Source: Podarcis filfolensis (Eukaryota). Taken from it: a DNA stretch of 64,000 nucleotides. The position numbers were made by a program, and so were the translations under genes. Location of the stretch: the NCBI GenBank assembly GCA_964270895.1, contig OZ185439.1; one strand, written 5' to 3'. Positions 35,550-48,670 of the stretch are shown here, piece by piece (within the stretch, counting starts at the first letter, position 1; every line of letters starts with the position of its first letter). The notes beneath the pieces were generated by a model, which did no database searches, was not told the origin of the DNA, and saw only the letters and a program-made list of their open reading frames with translations.

Positions 35550-36507
35550 GAATAAGCTGTCCTCCCTTGGGAGGAAGGCTTACCAAACTCTTTGTTCTTC
35601 TATTTCCATCATATGAACCCTACCAGTAAGGAGGTCTAAGCTGGCTACTCTCAGCTCAGACTCAGTGGCTTAAGCAAGCCATCTTTGTGTTTCTATACAA
35701 ATATATTTTAGACACATTTTCTGTTTTAAAACCTAAGTTATACTGCCTGTCTTTTCTTGCTGCACATGAATCTGATGTTTGAAGAGTTTGTAAGTAAACT
35801 TTTTTTTTTTAACTTACCAAGTGTGTGGTCACTTTCTATGCTAATAGAAGTGGGGAACTTTGTAAACAACTTAGAAGGTCTATCCATCTATATTTCCCTA
35901 CTTTACATTGGTGCATATTTTGTGATTTTAAATCACTGCTGGGGTTCTGTCACCAAAGAGTACTTGCCCCAAACCTGGATCTTGGTATCCAGGGAAATCT
36001 CATTTTTATTTTACCATATCTATTTCCCCCCCTTTCAACCAACACAATATGCTCCTCATTGAGAAATGAATAGGGAGAGCGGATTCACATGTCTGAATTT
36101 CTCTGTGTGTGGTTGTGTATGTGAAGGTGAAGGTGAAGAAAAGGCTAATAAAAATGCAGTGGTACATGTGGTGAGCTATTGGCCATCTTCATGTTCTCAG
36201 CTGATGCGAGGATGCAGCCTTAATCCTAGAAATGCTGCTGGTTTACTGTGTGTCCTTCTCACTAACCTTTTCCATGTGATTCTATGCTCATGCATCCCTG
36301 TACACAATTGTGTCGTGCATAGTGGGAACTGCTCAAGATCATCTGGAAATAGTTCTCCACCCCTTTTTTATCAATTGTTAAGCTTCAAATTAAAAAAAAT
36401 AAAATTAAAGCAACTGACTTAATAACAGGAGCTAAGATCACTGACAACCTTAAAAGCACTTGCGCTCACAAATGAACAATTTTAAGAGCTGGATCCTTCA
36501 CCTAAAT

Positions 36508-36643
36508 CAGTGGTGGCCAAACTTGGCCCTCCAGCTATTTTGGGACTACAATTCCCATCATTCCTGACCACTGGTCCTGTTAGCTATGGATGATGGGGGT
36601 TGTAGTCCTAAAACAGCTGGAGGGCCGAGTTTGGCCATGCCTG
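36508..36643. mobile_element. Palindromic hAT MITE, 136 bp
   Basis: Near-complete foldback (GGCCAAACTTGGCCCTCCAGCT / AGCTGGAGGGCCGAGTTTGGCC) with a perfect 8-bp TSD ACCTAAAT (36500-36507, 36644-36651). Confidence 0.93.
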
Positions 36644-37239
36644 ACCTAAATGGTCAAAGGCACACAGGCCGAGTTGTGTGACCAGTAATGCATTACCCAA
36701 AATGAGAATTTGCATTACAAAAAAGAGAACAAAATATAATAGCAATTTGCTGAAAGTTGCATACGGTAATTTATATTTATAGACGCAAATTTAGAAATAA
36801 TTACAATTTAAATAGAAACCAGTTATATTTCGCCATAGCAGGGAAGACACCAGGTGACTTGTCTGCCTGCTTAGGACAGATAGAAGACTTCCCTTTGACA
36901 GCCCTTCAAAACGGAGGACTGTCCTCTGCAAAGTAGGGTGCATGGCCACCCTAGGCTACACAGTCAAGGCTTTCATACCACACCCATGGGGCTTCAGTAG
37001 AAAAAGCCTTGCTCATCTAACTATGATTCATGTTGGGACCTGCTGATCTGAACAAGCCCGGGGCAATCTAAATGGATTTGTAAGAAGAAGCCAAGCCCAA
37101 GCATGCCAGAATAAAATTAAGCAGCTGAAAAAAGTAAATAAAAATGGCCTCTGGTTGCATCAGAGGTCATGGGGAAAACAAATCTTCTGCTTCCCACATT
37201 GCCCTTCTTGTAATGCAACAGGTCGGTGTGTCTGGCTGT

Positions 37240-37354
37240 TAAAAAGAAGGTTGGTGAGTCTACCCAGGGACAGCTGGGTAGACTCACCAGGGGTTTGGAC
37301 TAGCGGACCCCTGGTGTCCCTTCCAAATCTACGATTCTATGAGTCTATGATTCT
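37240..37354 (+). mobile_element. CR1 3'-end stub
   Basis: GGGGTTTGGACTAG...GTCCCTTCCAAATCTACG followed by an (ATTCTATG)-type tail. Confidence 0.75.
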
Positions 37355-39556
37355 TGCTTTACGAGCAAGCGAAACAAGCTGCAGAACTCAGGCAGGGTTG
37401 CAAATGCTTTCCACATTAGGAAGCGGGGGGTCTATATCTGCAAATCTCTGGCAATAATGAAAGCCAAGTGCTGTGCAAACAGAAGAGTAAAATGTCAGAT
37501 CAAGTCCTGACAAGTCTCTGCTGTAAATTGAATTATCGGCCATGCTCTTGTCTTGTACTGTTCTCATTCTCTCAAATGATAAACAGCATCCATCATATCA
37601 TCATGTCTGGAAGCCAAACCAGGAACTCCTTTACATTGTGTAGCCAACGAGAGAAAAAAATGCATCTGTCTGCTTTTCTGCATTACTTCAACTCCTTCAT
37701 GCCTCATACCTTCTTGTTTCATTGCACTGGGATCAATGCCTTAGGCCCCCAAATGGCTTATACCAACATTTGCCAACCTGGTGCCCTCCAACTGTTTTGG
37801 ATTACAACTCCCAATGCTGGCTGGTGCTGATGAGTAGTTGTAGTACAAAACTTCTGGAGAACACCGGGCTGGCGAAGGCTGGTTTATGCTTTCACTATTC
37901 CACACATGAAGGACTTGCCACCAGCAAGGTCCTCACACCTCATCTTAGTCATATGGACTTGATTTTCCTAGAACAGAATACTGGCTTTAAATTTGGTGGT
38001 GGTGGTGGTTTTTGTGGTTGCCGTTTGCCAAATCACTCTCAACATCTGAGCAATGTTTTGAGAATCATTTCATTCATTCTCCATTCCATTGAAACCTTAT
38101 ACCTTTTCTCTTTGAATTTATAATCTGAGTGTCTGTGGTTGTTTTTCTTCATGCAGGCTTTGGGATGGAATTGCGTCCAGTCCTGATCTACCTATCTCTC
38201 TGACTCTGATGCTGTTAAGCAAGTTGGGGAATCTGTGGCCCTCAATAGGCTGCTAAACACTTATTCTTGCCATCCTTGACCACTAGTTATGCAGGCTGGG
38301 GTTGGTGGTAGCTAGAGTTCAACAGCATCCAAATCCCTGTTGCAAAGGCATGGACACTCTGGTCATTTATTACATACGCTGTCATTTCTGCAAGAACCAT
38401 TTACCTGGATCCAAAGGCAGATTGTGAAGTGTCTGTTTCAAGGCTGTTTTTTACAATGTAAAGAAGCCAGTTACTGTAAGAAAACAACCTGTTTCCCTTC
38501 ACAAGGGTTGTCTTTGTTCAGAAGCCAAACCATGAAGCCCCGAATATGTCAAAACGAGGCAATGAAAAACAAACATTTTTCCCCCTTTGTGGTCAATACA
38601 CTATGCTTTGATTTTGATATCTGCTGAACTCTTGACCCAAAATGCTCACATTATGCACGTTTATGATGAATGTCAATGACCGTTCTGTTCTAATCAAATG
38701 TGAAGTTATGAAATGTTTGGGAGCAGAAGGACTGAATTTGGGAACTAATCTAATAGATTCCATTCAAATCCCTCCCTCTCACCCAGCATAGACAGTGTAG
38801 CAGGCAGCTTTTTATTTGTGTATATTATTTGCAGCTGAGGTTTTCATTGCCGTTGCAAACTGACAGCAGTCATGTTCGCCCTCCATATAACCTGGGGAGT
38901 TCAGACCTGGGCTTTTTGTTGTTGTCGCTGTTAGCATAATTGCTCTTCCCACAGTGCCTGCTGCACAGTTTGTAAGCTCATTTCGAGCTCTGCTGTGGGG
39001 ATTAGTGATAACACTCCCTATTGTACAGTGTGTCTTATTATTTAAAATCCGAAAGAGAACAAAGGCAGTTTGGTTCTTCTTCTGAACCTTCTGGATAGAA
39101 TAATATTTCCCGAGAACAGTGTTGAAACACCCCCACCCCAAAATCCTGTCTATCTACTATTTGTTCTGTTCGGCCAATAAAGGGCAAAGCCAATGTTAAA
39201 GATGATGAATCATGATAATTTATGCTTTATTAAGTGTCTGCCCCTTAGAGAGTCCTGTGACATTAAGGTGTTCCGTGGGGGTAGTGAGATATCTTTCAAT
39301 TTACATCCCTATATCTAGGATCTAGCTATATGGCAGAACAATTTGGTGTGGGAGGAATGTTGTCTGCTAGAATGTAACCCCAGCAGCATTCTATTTATAT
39401 TACGTGAGGATTATTTAGCCAAGAAACAGCAGCAAATCAATCACATTTTTCATGCTACAGTATTTCACCATTATGTCAAAGGGAACATCCTTTAGCTTTA
39501 AAGGATCATTTTGCCCTATATGTATCAAGTTTTGGTAAATTGTATGCATGCTTGCT

Positions 39557-40395
39557 TATTTATTTATTTAATTTATATACCACCCTTCATCCAAAGATCT
39601 CAGAGCTGTTTACAAGATAAAAGCACAGGATAAAAACCAAAGTGAATAGTTAAAGCAAAAAACAAAACAATACCTCCTCTTCCCACAAACACATTTAAAA
39701 GGTCCTAGAATATTAATCAACCTAGTTGAAGAGGAACACTTTTGCCTGGTGTGTAAAGATGTATAATAAAGGCACCAAGCCAGCTTCCATGTAGAGAGCA
39801 CTTCACAAACAGGTAGCTACCACCACATATAAGGCCCGTCCTTATGTTGCCACCCTCCAGATCTCTCATGGAGGCACACAAAGAAGGGCCTCAGAGTATT
39901 GTTACAGGGTCCAGGTCGGTTCATATGGGGAGAGGCGGTCCTTGAGGTACAGCGGTACCTTGGATTACATACGCTTCAGGTTACAGACGCTTCAGGTTAC
40001 AGTCTCTGCTAACCCAGAAATAGTACATCGGGTTAAGAACTTTGCTTCAGGATGAGAACAGAAATCGTGCTCTGGCGGTGCGGCGGCAGTGGGAAGCCCC
40101 ATTAGCTAAAGTGGTGCTTCAGGTTAAGAACAGTTTCAGGTTAAAATCGGACCTCCAGAACGAATTAATTTCTTAACCTGAGGTACCACTGTGTTGTGTT
40201 CCTGAGCCATTTAAAGCTTTATAGGTCAAAACCAGGACTTTGAATTGGGCCTGGAAGCTAATTGGCAGCCAGTGGACTAGGCCAAGATCTGTGTAATATG
40301 CTCACACCGCCTTGCCCCAGTGAGCAACCTGACTCCCGAATTCTTCATCAGCTGAACTTTCCAAACTGTCTTTAGAGGCAGCCCTACGTAAAATG
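39557..40395 (-). mobile_element. L2 LINE 3' fragment carrying a nested MITE
   Basis: (TTTA)n tail at about 39560 and collinear with the 23870-24275 copy. The minus strand after the MITE gives HWLP..FQAQFKVLVLTYKALNG. Confidence 0.85.
39950..40191 (-). mobile_element. Tigger/pogo-like MITE, family copy 2 (reverse orientation)
   Basis: CAGCGGTACCT...AGGTACCACTG with flanks TA/TG, inserted in the L2. Confidence 0.92.
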
Positions 40396-41432
40396 ATTTT
40401 TTATCTAAATAATGTATATTCTGTTGAGTATAATGGTCTCTAAGCAGTTTAATCGTACTGTCACAAACGTTTTCATGGAAAAAGCTTTGGGAAATCAGAC
40501 TTGCATATCTTCAGTTAGACATGGTAGAAAGAGAAGACGTAAGCCAAACCTCTCACTTGACCAAATATGCATTCAGCCAGATCCCAGAAATGCAAGGTTG
40601 GTAGGGTAAATCCATATTTAACCACAACTAGTTCATATTTCATTTGTTAACAACCTGCACTGGCAGATGGCGGCAGGAGTAGGACCAGCCCAAGGTATTC
40701 TATTGCCTGGGGCAAAACAGCAAGTGGTGTCTTGTCACATCAAGGCAGAGTACCAAGAATGACCAAGTCATTCTGGCACCCAAGGCAAAGAAAAAATCCC
40801 ACTAGTACCCAGAGGTGCCACCTTCTGAAGAAGAATGGGGGGAGGTGTCAGGACATCGGAGGAGCCGGGGGTAGAGCTGAGTGCAGTGGCTGCACACAAG
40901 TAAACATTTTGGGTATTAAAGGGATGACTTTTCTCCACCTACCCTTTGTTCATCTTTTTCACAGTGGTTCAGTTTCTGTCTGCTGTCCAATCAGCAACTG
41001 CTTTTGTGCTCCCCCCCCCCCGAAAAGTGCTTTCTTCTTCTTGCTTATAGGATTGCAGCGACAGGGGATGTCATGGCCAACATGATAATAGCACAATGCC
41101 ATCATGTAGCCTGAACCACAATTCCCGCCAGACCTGGAAGACATGGCCAATGGCTAGGGATGATGGGAGTTGTCATTCAACAACATCTGGAGTTTCCTGA
41201 CATTTGATGCAGCCCATCAAGATGAGCTATGTTGTTTTGTTGCAAAGGCAAATTCAGAATGAAAGCAGGGAGCACTCACTCTGAATTGTTGAACACTTTC
41301 AACCCTGTTTCAAATTATTGAAATGGGGATTGCTTTATTATTGTTGTTGTTGTTGTTACAGTTTGGGGAACCTTTGTGAAAAACAACCCATTTTAGTTTA
41401 GCATTCATTTCTTCTGCTACCTATATCAATTA

Positions 41433-41673
41433 CAGTGGTACCTCGGGTTACATACGCATCAGGTTACATACGCTTCAGGTTACAGACTCCGCTAACCCAG
41501 AAATAGTGCTTCAGGTTAAGAACTTTGCTTCAGGATGAGAACAGAAATCGTGCTCCGGCAGTACGGCAGCAGCGGGAGGCCCCATTAACTAAAGTGGTGC
41601 TTCAGGTTAAGAACAGTTTCAGGTTAAGTACGGACCTCCGGAATGAATTAAGTACTTAACCCGAGGTACCACT
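41433..41673 (-). mobile_element. Tigger/pogo-like MITE, family copy 3 (reverse orientation)
   Basis: TA-CAGTGGTACCTCGGGTTA...TAACCCGAGGTACCACT-TA; the terminal G is missing. Confidence 0.92.
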
Positions 41674-43249
41674 TATTTGTTTTAAAAGCTGTGTGATTTT
41701 TTTTAATCCTAATAAATTAAAATTGGCTGGAGCAAACACAAAACCCCAGTGGCAAAAACTGAAAAAATTGGAATCATTTTTGTCCCAGGGTTTTTTGTTT
41801 GTTTGTTTTCAAAAAGAACACCCTGGGTGAGATTCACCCAACCAGCCCTGTCAGTGGAGCCATGAGCAAGGACTTCCACTAGTACCATGGGGCTTTCCCC
41901 CTCTCCTCCCCCAGCATGCTCCTGCACCACCAAAATTGGCTTTCTGAGGGGTTAAGAGAACTCTCAGGACAGTACATGGTGGAGCAGAAAGGGAATCATT
42001 TCATCTGGAAAGCAGAAATGCTTTCACAAATGGAGCAATTGGAAGAGTGCATAGCTGAAGTCTACCCCCTGTCTGGGCACTTAAAATCTACATCACTGAA
42101 TCAGTTTTTGTTAGGAGCTTTCCCCCCCACCTCGCCTACTTACATTTGTGAGAGCAAACAACAAAACATTCTGCTTGTAAAATTAATTTTCCTTGTTTCC
42201 TTTTCGTCACAGGCACCTTTTGTACTGAAAATAGAGAGTGGCTGTAAATACATGAAATGTGGAGATGTTGTTTCCTACTGTGCAGGTGACTATGCCCTAG
42301 AAGGATTACATTGTAAGTTTACCTCTGTGTAAACCCTGCAGTGAAAAAGTGCACCGGTGGCATAATTTTATCCTCAGAGGTCTGGGTGAGAGTTAATACA
42401 TCAAGATAAGGATTTAAATATTTATTTGGAAATGCGCATTTAAATATATACATATATATGTTCAGAGAAAATAGACATCCAAATATGCATTTGAATACAT
42501 ATTAAATGCATGTTTTGAGGCATTTTTTAAAAATGTAGATTAAGGCAGAAATTGAGGAGAACAGAATTATGGGAAGAAACATGTAAATGTTGCATAGTCT
42601 GAAAAGAGATAGATTTCTAGATGTAAATGTGTTATAGACTGGAGAGAGATACATTTGTCTATCCCTCCTCACCGCTCTCTTGCTTCTCATACTGAAACCT
42701 CATCCCACCATCTCTTAGCTTCTGGAAATAGGGGTGAAGCTAAGTCTTCACCCCATCTCTGCCCAGCCCATTATATAGCCAAACCCTCTTACATTTCAGC
42801 TGGACAATTTGATGTCACATTCTTCACACCATGTCTGTCCCTTGTAACCAAATGACAGTGTGGTAAAGATCAGGGCTCGAAAGCTTCACCTTTGAGGGGG
42901 AAGCCTAGACACGGACAAAGCCAGAAGACTGGATGTTAAACAGCTGGTGCCTACTCTATATTCATAACCAAGATGGGGCAAAAGAGTAGGATTGACATTT
43001 GAACTGCAACCTCTAGGCACTGACATTATGAGGTCACGAATTCCATTCATGAAAAAGACAACCTGTAGTAGGATGGCCTCCATTCTCCTGAGCTCAAATC
43101 CCTTTTACCCTCTGTTGTTCCTCCACGCTCACACTCTACCAGGTTTGGTGCCTGATGTGCAAATAAGGCCAATACCAGGCCAAGGCTTTTCTTACACTGT
43201 TAGACTACGCTTTACAGTATTAGTCTACCCAAAGTGTAGTCTAACACTG

Positions 43250-43585
43250 CAGATCCTCCAAGTGTCCCTATTTTCCAGGGAAGTCTCTGATCTAGAGAAG
43301 CCATCTCAGTTTCTGATTTGATTCTGGAATGTCCCACATTTCCTTAGGATGTCCCTATTTCCACTGGAGAAATGTTGGAGGGTTTGGAATTATCCGACCC
43401 CCGAGCTGTCTGAAGGCAATCCTCTATAAGGAAGTTTTTAAAATGTTTTATTCTGTTTTTATATATGTTGGAAGCTGCTCAGAGTGGCTGGGGTAACCCA
43501 GTCAAATGTGGGGGTATAAATAGTAAAATTATCCTTATGGAATGGGACGTCCCTCTTTTCATCAGAAAAATGTTGGAGGTTATGA
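43250..43585. mobile_element. Composite repeat (DNA-MITE-like repeated module with an embedded L2-type 3' end)
   Basis: Repeated GTCCCTATTT..A.T.GA.AAATGTTGGAGG modules at about 43350 and 43540 surround GGAAGCTGCTCAGAGTGGCTGGGG...GGGTATAAAT. Confidence 0.5.
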
Positions 43586-44069
43586 TGCTATAAAAAACCT
43601 GACAATGGTGTGCTTAGTGCTCACCAGCAAATGGTTTGGTTCCATCCTAAGTGCCACATGGATCTAGGCTGTTTCTGGAGAGAAAACCCAGTTCTGACCA
43701 CCGTCTAAGGGAGACTTGAAAGTCCTCGTCTACTCTGTTCCCATTCAGGATTCTGAAGGGGGAGAAGAAAGGCGCTGTTATTATTCCTGCCATGGAGTCG
43801 TACCATCCCCAGAGCCTTCTGCTGAAGCAATATGCCCTCTTTATCACCCTCCCACATCCCTAATCTGTCTCAGCGGCATCATTCAACAGCCCTTCATCTC
43901 CACACCGGATTCTGGCCCCAGCGGGCGGCCGTTGTCCAATATGGCCTATGGAGCTCACCAGAGGCAATAATGGGCCTGTTATGCTTCATTAAAAGGGTCA
44001 TTTGGCTTAAGCCTCATGCCTCCTCCCCCTGTTAATCCTGATATTGAAAGGGTCTCAAGCAAAGGAGGA

Positions 44070-44152
44070 GGAGCGAACGGGGCGGGGTGGGGGAGACCGA
44101 ACTCTGAATACACAAAAGCTAGAGGAATGGCAAGCGGCAGTAACCTAGCAAC
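44070..44152. promoter_or_regulatory. GC box plus RFX X-box
   Basis: GGGGCGGGG with neighbouring CpGs, and GTAACCTAGCAAC at 44140-44152 fitting the GTNRCC-n-RGYAAC consensus. Confidence 0.45.
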
Positions 44153-44898
44153 AGTGTCTCAGGATTTGAATGTAATTATCCCTCCAACGTGATAAATACT
44201 CTGAAGGACTCCTTATGTGGAGATCATACTAAACAAGTCTTTGAAATTACCCTCATCAAATATTGATCGAGGGAGAGGTTTGGGGGGGGGGGAGAGAGAA
44301 AGGGAAAGGGAAAGGGAAGAAAAGGCCCAGCAAAATCCAGCAAGCCCATGGACTGTGGGTTAATGGGACAACACAGATTCATTAACATACAGCAATAGTA
44401 CCAATAGTCTCAGCTGGCAACAAAAGGAACAGTCAAAAGCACAGCCATCAGGAAAGGCCGACGTATTGATTCTGCTTTTGTTTCATGTCCAGCATACAGA
44501 GCAGCAATCACAATAAACAGGATTTATCTTACCCAGCTGAACTGATGAAAGTTTAATTGTTGTGGAAGGTGAAAGGGTGTTCCCCAAAGGGAAGCATAAG
44601 TAGGGTAGAGGCTAGGATGGGAGTGCATCTTTACACATTAATAATCAGAAGGAATGCCTCCTTCTCACAGTGTGTGTGTGTACATTAGATATATCTCCTC
44701 AAATACCTGTTATAATCAAGGCACACCGGACTGGGAAAAGAGCTGATTTATTTGCTCGAGTGTGAGAGGAATGGATTTATTGCCCAGGGGTTAGCTTTTT
44801 GCGGCACTACACATCAGAGGTTACTGGGAATGGACTCCGTGGTACAAAACAACTTCACAAAGAACCCAGGTGACAAAGGAGCCGAGCAGTGGACGCCA

Positions 44899-45077
44899 GT
44901 CTGTGTACGCACCATACTTCGAAAGCACATTTAAAACAAGTGACTTCCCTTAAAGAATCCTGGGAACTGTAGTTTGTGAAGGGTGCTGACAACTGTTGTT
45001 CTGTGAGGCATAACCCACAATTCCCAGGATTCTTTGGGGAAAGTCATGTGCTTTAAGTGTACGGTGTGTGTGCAGCT
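44899..45077. mobile_element. Palindromic Harbinger-like MITE, copy 2
   Basis: AAAGCACAT...AAAGAATCCTGGGAACTGTAG / ACAATTCCCAGGATTCTTT...ATGTGCTTT foldback, homologous to 20519-20707. Confidence 0.65.
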
Positions 45078-48000
45078 TAACTCTGAAGAAATTAGGCACA
45101 ATTTAATGAAACTTAGGGGCACAAGCTGCAGTCCTATACAGTGTAGTACATACACTCACCTAGGAATGTGAGCAATTGAACTCAACAGAATTTACTTTGA
45201 ATAGAATAGGATTGCACTGTAAGTGTCTTACCACACTATTTTTTTTATTTTTTTTGGGGGGGGGGGAATTGTCCACCAGATGTCCTCAATAAATAATGCA
45301 ATACCATAACATCAGGCCTTCAGAAATGATGTCAGGATGTGCCATGAACTTTTTTCAGTGTGTTTCTTTGGATATATTGGGAGGAGAGGAAGTAGGTTTA
45401 TGGCAGGCCTTCCTCTGACCTGCTTGTGTTTGCTGCAAGGTCTGAAGGGAGATGTGAGGCATGGCAAGCACTTCCACCCTTGCCATAGCTGTCTAGGGAT
45501 GGGTGAGAAATTTGATTCAGTTTTGGAATTAAAGGTGAACTTGCCTAATTCATTTTCTGAAATAATAAACTAACAGGAGCACAGTCATCTTTCAAAATCT
45601 GCACTTCCCTGAATTTTGCGATGCAATTTCCCCGCTAACTAATGTACACACATATGCATATACTAAAGCAGAGTGTGCATAAAGATATTAGTGAACATAG
45701 TAACTCTAGTAAACATAGCATACTAACAACTATATTGGGAAAAATTACCTCACAAAAATGTGTGGAAAGTAAGATCAATTAGCCAAAGAATGGAGGAGGT
45801 TCCACGAGCCTGTCCCAGAATGCACTGCAACTGAAAAGCCAAATTTAAGAAAGGAGGGTTTTTTTAGACTAAGTCTAATTAACCAAAGGCAAAATAATAC
45901 TTTAAGAAAAGATACAAATGTTATGGATCTAGCTAAAGAATGGACACATACTCTAAGATTTCAAGCGGAGAAACAGCAGGTTAAATCTGTTAACAGGTGC
46001 AGGTGAGAAGCTAAGGAATAAAGGCCACACATTTGAGGTCTTTTCCACCCAGATGCTTGTGAGTAACAACTTGCCTGGCACAGCCAGTGGGTCAATTTGC
46101 ACTTACATAGGAAAGCACTTTTAACACATTCTGGAAAGATGGGTGATTTGAGGTGCTGATTAGCACAAATTTCCCCCCATCTTTATTGCAAATGTGACAG
46201 AAGAAAAGCAAAATGTTGTCAGCTCACATTAACAGTAGTAATAATAATAATCACAGGGCAACAAGAACATACACACAAACTGCTCAGCTTTTCTGCTAGA
46301 CAGCATCTCTCAACGGGCTGCTCAGCTTGTGGTTTCACAAGTGGTGGGGTAGATGCTGTCTCCCCACTTAGAAGGAAAGAGAGAAGTTATGTATTTTAAA
46401 GAGACATGTCCCCAGCAGAGTGGATCTGCATCACTAGAACCTACACACTTGCACAACTATATGCACGTATCGTCCTGTGCATTTCAAACACTGACAAAGC
46501 AAGCATCACAATTGCACGAAGAGAGACCCACATTTATACATGTGGGGTGCTCATAGGCTCTCTTCAGACCAACAAGCTCACACGCATAGATGGGGCACAG
46601 GCAGTATACATTATCCCTACACTTCCATGTGTGTTTGCTACGTCATGTGACAATCAAGGAAGAATTGCTGGAGCTTATTTTTTAATAATGATCACAGAAC
46701 TTAAAAACCATTTAAATCATCTAGAACACTCTTCATCACAAAAGCTGTCCCCAAACAATGGACAAGCAGAACAAGGGCTAGAACAAGAACATAACTAGGA
46801 ACTAGAATAGCATTTGTACTCCCCCCCCCCAAAAAAAACTCCACCATTTGCTAGGCAACTGCCAATATAGATTCCATATAGGCAATCACTGGTCTCTAGG
46901 CCAGATGCTTGAGGGTCAAGCCAAGACTTCAGCCTGGGAATTTGCAAATCCAAGTTGATAGCCAATTACTTATAATGTTGTTGAGTTCTCCTGGAACAAA
47001 GTGAAGATAGTTGGGCTCAAAGTTTTAGCAGTGATGTAATGCCGTGATTTGAAATGGTGACCTCACTCCCCTTGGATGAGTAAGAAGGAAATGTTAACTC
47101 AGATTAAGAGAATTAGACCTCAATTTGGGGAAGGCATTGTGAATGTTGGACTAAAGAACATACTGAATATTTAGACTGAGACTGGAGATCCCATATCCCT
47201 GGGTAAAATCCAGCTCTCTAGAAAATGAATCAGAATGATGACACTGAGCATGGAAAAAAGAGAAAAGGATAAACCAGGAACATTCAGAGGCTCTTACTAG
47301 TATTCGTTTTAAGGAGAAAAAGTTAAAATGCGCCCTAATTAATTTCCTTACAATTCTGATACTGCCTCCTAATGCAGAGGCACAGAAATGGAACACTTCT
47401 GGAGCAAGGAGTAACCTATATTCCACCTCCTCCTGCTCTAAGGTGGCAGAATAAAAGAGCTCCTGCAGTAATCTTTTTCTAAGAGTTGCATTGTTAAAAC
47501 CACCCTTAGGGAAATTCAAGCAGCATAATTGCTCTAGTCTGACTCTGTGCTAAGCTGCTTGAATTAAGTGGGTGTTTTGGAATCCTGAGCAAAGCCTTCT
47601 GGGAAGTGACCTTTGACCCCCACTGCTGCACTTCTCAACCTGCCGCTAATTAGGATGGAGAGAGTCCCCCCTTTGTTTTCAAATACTAGTTTACCTCCGT
47701 CTTAACTTTCTGCTGGGAGCTGACCATGGTGACTTGGTGCATAATGAACAGGGCAGAGCAGATGGCAACACACCAGCACGCCTCTGCCAGGAAACAAAAC
47801 TTTCCGCACTGCAATGCAAAGAGGCCAGGCTTTGAGCTGTTTGTTGAGCCTCAACACTGCAAAGCTATTCATTAGCCACACAGCTCATAGCCCTGGAGGT
47901 AATGTCTCGGAATGTGGCTTTGTTAAAATCTATCTCTCTATATAATTCCCCTCCTCATTCAGCAAACTTCTAAGCCCGTGGAAGGCCTAGGAAGGAGAGG

Positions 48001-48543
48001 GAGATGGAGAACTAGAGAAGCTTCCAGGAGGAGAGACCTGCCTTACCTTAGGACCACTGGACAACTCTCAAAGCCTACTGGGCTGAGCTGGGTTTGAGGG
48101 CAAAGGAATAGATTTAGGTAGTTCTTTTTTCCACTAAGTCAAAGGCCCTGAATAGATGATAAGCACAGTATGTAATTTTCTCCCCTGGGCTTTTCCATTC
48201 TTAAAAAAGCATCAAGTCATGGTACCCACACCATAATGATGCAGGATAGAGTGATCCTGCTCAGGATCCCAGCCAGTCAGCCATGCTATTTCCCTCTTCT
48301 GTTTCTTTTTATTCTTCACCCCCCTCCTGCATCAGTCTACCAGTATTCCATGGCTATTGATCTGCTCAGCCTTCAGTAGGCTGCTTTCACTGCTAGAGGC
48401 TTCTTTCTTAACAATTTTTGTACATCTGAAAAGCACAGGCTTCCCCCAGATCTGCTGATGCCTCCCTCTCATGTTTAGGTAATACCATTTTGACTGCATA
48501 AGGCTCCACGCTTGGAGAATATTTGTTCGCTATTTGTGTATAG

Positions 48544-48670
48544 CAGGTTCAGCCAACACTGTTGTTGGACTACAAGTCCCATCATCCCTGACCCTTAACC
48601 ATGTTGGCTGGAGGGGTGATGGGATTTGGTGTCCAAAACATCTGGAGGGTGCCAGGGTGGCTACCCTTTG
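48544..48670. mobile_element. Degenerate short hAT MITE
   Basis: TTGGACTACAAGTCCCATCA / TGATGGGATTTGGTGTCCAA foldback. Further degenerate copies lie at about 555-610, 37760-37880, 41140-41200, 49020-49148, 55780-55840, 56820-56910, 57090-57140, 61835-61880 and 62100-62180. Confidence 0.65.

Noticed and set aside
38662-38734. C/D box snoRNA (ATGATGA...CTGA)
   Set aside because: There is no terminal stem and no rRNA-complementary guide that I can recognise; the boxes are short enough to occur by chance.
47151-47519. 122-aa minus-strand ORF with protein-like wording (RKRLLQELFYSATLEQEEVEY)
   Set aside because: It has a non-ATG start, no flanking splice signals that fit and no recognisable family.
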